Assembly: GCA_041746255.1 (NCBI GenBank)
Contig: JBGTHM010000022.1
Location: 1 to 11,595, forward strand
Direction of reading: 5' to 3'
Origin: Fibrobacteria bacterium
GTDB lineage: Bacteria > Fibrobacterota > Fibrobacteria > UBA11236
DNA length: 11,595 nt
Both the position numbers and the translations under genes were made by a program. The notes under the pieces are model-generated. The model made no database searches. It had not been told where the DNA came from and saw only the letters and a program-made list of their open reading frames with translations. How positions within the stretch are numbered: position 1 is the stretch's first letter; each line of letters starts with the position of its first letter. This document shows, one piece after another, positions 8,576-11,595 of this stretch.

Positions 8576-8660
8576 TTATATTAAACCATTGAGGGCGGCG
8601 CTTCAAAACCCTTAATTGATATTTCCGCTAAATTCATAAACTGAATACCAAGGTAAGACT

Positions 8661-10244
8661 ATGAGAAAAAATATATCCCACATGATAGTTTGCGTAATTT
8701 TTTTGATAAAATTTTCCTGGTGTGCTGAAATTTCAGTTGCCACCAAGGACGCACTGAATGAAGCATTAAAATTTTGTCTTCCTGGTGATAGGATTATCAT
8801 GGAAGATGGGGAATGGAGAGATGTTACCATTGATATATATCGAAGCGGAGTAAAGGGCAAACCGATTATTCTGGAGGCTCGTAATCCGGGGAAGGTCGTC
8901 TTAACCCAATCTTCCGAATTAATATTTAGAGGAAGTTATATCGAGGTTTCAGGTCTGCTTTTTAAAGGTAAAAGCACACGCAAAGTTTCAGGAGGCACGA
9001 TAAGTGAAGCTATAAGTTTTGCGGCCTCCTCCAGTTATTGTCGGTTAAGGCAATGCGCCATTGATAGTTACAATCGCACCGATGTTAAAGACAATTGGGT
9101 GAATATCAAAGGCACCTTTCATCAAATTGACCATTGTTCCTTTACAGGGAAAGTAGGGACGGGAAAAACACTGACCATTGCCCGCCAAGCCAATGGCCAA
9201 GCTGATAACCATGTAATTGAGTACAATTATTTTGGTCCCCGACCCTTTGTCAATCAAAACGGAGCGGAAACCATTCAAATTGGTGTAGCAGAAACACAGT
9301 TTTCGGTTTCAAATACCCGAATTAGTAACAACCTGTTTGAGAGTATCAATGGAGAAGCGGAAATAATTTCCGTAAAATCAGGAGGTAATTTAATGGATAA
9401 CAATACCATCCTCAATTCAGGAGGTTCCTTCACCTTGCGACATGGAAACGGAAGTACAGTAAAAAACAATTGGTTTCTATGTGGATTTGCAGAACGTAGT
9501 GGGGGAATTCGCGTCTACGGTGAAAATCACATAATTGTCAATAATTACATCCAGGAAACAGGAGGACCCGCATCCTCTCATTTTGGGATTTCGCTACTCT
9601 CAGGTGATTTATCGGACCCTCGAAAGGTACCCAAAGACGGAGTAGCGGCGGGAAATGTAAAAATAGAGTGGAATACTTTAATTAATTGCCCCCGCAGTTT
9701 CGCCTTTGGATCGAGCAAATCGGTGAACCCCCATAATATTTATTTTGCAAACAATAGCGTATATTCAGGCAAAAATACTTTAATCGACGTGCAGGACAAT
9801 TACGATAACTTTAAATTTATTAATAATCGCTTTTATGGTAATCGGTTGGGAATACCCACGCGTGCTGGAATAGATGAGAGCATCTTAAAATTAACCGATA
9901 CAATTATTAATAGTTACTCTCTCCATAATATCGAACCAAAAAGCACAACATCTGATGTAATGGGAGTAAACCCGTATAGTGGTGAACGACGCACTCCGCT
10001 GAGCAAGTCCGAGGTGGGTCCTTTTTGGTTGGGCGGCCCGAATACCTCCCTGGCAGTGTTGCGCTCCCCTACCCATAAAAAACGGCACCCAAACGCTTCA
10101 ATAGTAACATCTTACAAACACTCCTTTCCTGTATGGCAGGGGGAATACAAAAACCAGGAGTATGGTCTTCTTGGCAGGGTGATTGGTGGAAAATCAGCAG
10201 GAACGCGGGCGTGGGAATTTTATGGCTACGAGTATGACGAATGA
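8661..10244 (+). CDS. Polysaccharide lyase family 6 (alginate lyase / chondroitinase B-like), secreted
   Basis: Signal peptide, PGD.I...DG.W, G..GKPI.L.A..PGKV, HNYF-like EYNYFGPRP, NGAETIQIG, NGEAEIISVKS (Ca2+-binding Glu residues and catalytic Lys), TLRHGNG (catalytic Arg), SGGIRVYGENH. Confidence 0.9.
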   Translation: MRKNISHMIVCVIFLIKFSWCAEISVATKDALNEALKFCLPGDRIIMEDGEWRDVTIDIYRSGVKGKPIILEARNPGKVVLTQSSELIFRGSYIEVSGLLFKGKSTRKVSGGTISEAISFAASSSYCRLRQCAIDSYNRTDVKDNWVNIKGTFHQIDHCSFTGKVGTGKTLTIARQANGQADNHVIEYNYFGPRPFVNQNGAETIQIGVAETQFSVSNTRISNNLFESINGEAEIISVKSGGNLMDNNTILNSGGSFTLRHGNGSTVKNNWFLCGFAERSGGIRVYGENHIIVNNYIQETGGPASSHFGISLLSGDLSDPRKVPKDGVAAGNVKIEWNTLINCPRSFAFGSSKSVNPHNIYFANNSVYSGKNTLIDVQDNYDNFKFINNRFYGNRLGIPTRAGIDESILKLTDTIINSYSLHNIEPKSTTSDVMGVNPYSGERRTPLSKSEVGPFWLGGPNTSLAVLRSPTHKKRHPNASIVTSYKHSFPVWQGEYKNQEYGLLGRVIGGKSAGTRAWEFYGYEYDE

Positions 10245-10252
10245 AAAAGAAT

Positions 10253-11456
10253 TTATTCCGAGATTATCATGCTACCTGAAATAGCTCCGAATTCTTGCCC
10301 GGGACCGCCATCTACCCGAAAGAGGTATCTGCCCTCAGGCATATCGGGGGCATGCCAACGTATCACTCCGTTGCTCGTCTGGTCGGGCAGGAGAGTGTGA
10401 AGTATTCTGCCGGAAGGTGAGAACAAGGTTAATCGACGGCCCGTTCCCGAGGAAAGACCAAGAGTCCAAAAGCCACCATCTAATTGGAGCAGGTGTAACG
10501 CATTGGTTTTAATAGGAAGCACGGAAACGACAGGTTTATCCTTCTGATCGAGTATACCACCCTTGTTTTGAATGGTATTGGATATGGATTGTAAAAGCCG
10601 ATTGTCCGAGGCGTCCTGCAACAACTCCCAGATCATTATTCCCCTGGTGCCCTGATCCATGGCTAAAGTCGTTTTTCTGCCGATGGTGGTGGGGCCATTG
10701 AAATAAAATCCCTTGTCAGAATCTTGTGAAGCGTCTAGCCCGGGGTTCGCTGCCAGGATTTCCCCGTAGGACTTTGTGCCTCCATAACTTTTTCCGTAAA
10801 AGGGGACGCCTAGAACCAACTTGTTTTTGGGAACACCGAGCCCGGAATAGAGGTCGATGGATTGCTGGGCATGAGCATAGGTCGAATGATGGGACGAACC
10901 AACGGGCCAATCATTGTCATATGCCATCAGGTTGAGCCAATCAAAGTGGTCGAAAGTGTCCCGGTTGTAATACTGGGCGTTTGTTCCGTTAACGTCGATA
11001 GAGATGACCATGCCCTTTGGGCCAAACGCAGCCTTCAACTCTCTGGCGAACAAGGTGAAATTTGCCCTGTCGTTGTTCCCGGAATTCGGAAACTCCCAGT
11101 CGATATCCACTCCGGCGAAACCGTATTTCACGCAAAAGGCAAGCAGGTTATTGATGAATAATTTTCGAGCCGTCGCGCTGCCGGTCATAGAAGAAAATCC
11201 CTGGGATTTCCCGTCGCCTCCGACGGCTAGCATAACCCCCACGCCTTTTTTGCTGGCATCGTCAATTAAGGCGACAACGCGGCTTCCTCCGTTTAGGTCC
11301 GCGGCGATGGTCTGTTCGGTGATATTTCCGTCGGGAGGAACCTGTACGGAAAAAATAATGACATAGGTCAACTTCTCAAGCTGCTCGGGTGTGGGGGAAA
11401 TTCCGGAATAATAAGCAGGGTAGAAGCCGACAACCATCACTTTCTTTTGAGCTTCC
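10253..11456 (-). pseudogene. GH18 chitinase-like gene with a C-terminal sorting-like domain; 5' end (start codon and signal peptide) apparently removed by IS insertion, catalytic domain intact
   Basis: VVGFYP, KLTYVIIFS, MLAVGG, ARKLFINNL, FAGVDIDWEFP (DxDxE), NLMAYD, KLVLGVPFYG, GIMIWEL. The frame extends upstream of GTG 11440 as EAQKK, then enters the IS-like sequence and hits TGA at 11492-11494. No hydrophobic signal peptide remains. Confidence 0.75.
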
Positions 11457-11595
11457 TGCAGAATCCGGTGAAAGTGACCGGGCGATCCGGTTCAAAGTGA
11501 CCGACAGCCACCCTTGTCATAGCCGGTCACCATGGACCGGATTTCAACCGATTAGAAGTTACTCATTGCCGGTCACTTTGGGTACGGATTTTGGG
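11457..11595. mobile_element. Terminus of an IS21-family insertion sequence (or a derived MITE), truncated by the window end
   Basis: Begins TGCAGAATCCGG. A repeated unit ATCCG..GTGACCG occurs direct at 11463-11481 and 11485-11504 and inverted at 11523-11542 and 11569-11589. A TG end with multiple subterminal ~20-bp repeats is characteristic of IS21-family ends. No transposase is visible in the window. Confidence 0.75.

Noticed and set aside
7466..8860. ORFs 7590..8315 (-), 7540..7947 (+), 8282..8584 (+), 8612..8860 (-)
   Set aside because: Overlap kdgK or PL6; shadow frames without independent evidence.
11090..11125. GH18 motif FAGVDIDWE lacks the first Asp of DxxDxDxE
   Set aside because: The essential DxDxE is intact and the first position varies among active GH18 enzymes, so this is not evidence of inactivation.
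11457..11595. Repeats considered as a CRISPR array or tRNA/ncRNA
   Set aside because: Copies are degenerate, in both orientations and irregularly spaced, with no cas genes or cloverleaf; an IS21-type end fits better.

Overview
Carbohydrate-utilisation region, probably from a Fibrobacterota-like (FCB group) bacterium; the taxon is inferred from the C-terminal tails of the secreted proteins. Left, minus strand, GC-rich: a ~1109-aa secreted modular protein with an apparently catalytically degenerate lysozyme-like (SLT/GH23-type) domain, a chitobiase C-terminal/Fn3-associated domain and a long C-terminal surface module. It is followed by a NagB-like glucosamine-6-phosphate deaminase that runs off the window edge and is absent from the ORF track. 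Centre, plus strand, mostly AT-rich: a GH136-like beta-helix protein, a SurA-like lipoprotein resembling the dedicated GH136 chaperone, a GC-rich kdgK and a PL6 lyase. Right, minus strand: a GH18 chitinase-like gene whose signal-peptide region appears displaced by an IS21-like terminus that fills the window end. All family calls come from motif recognition by eye; no searches were run.
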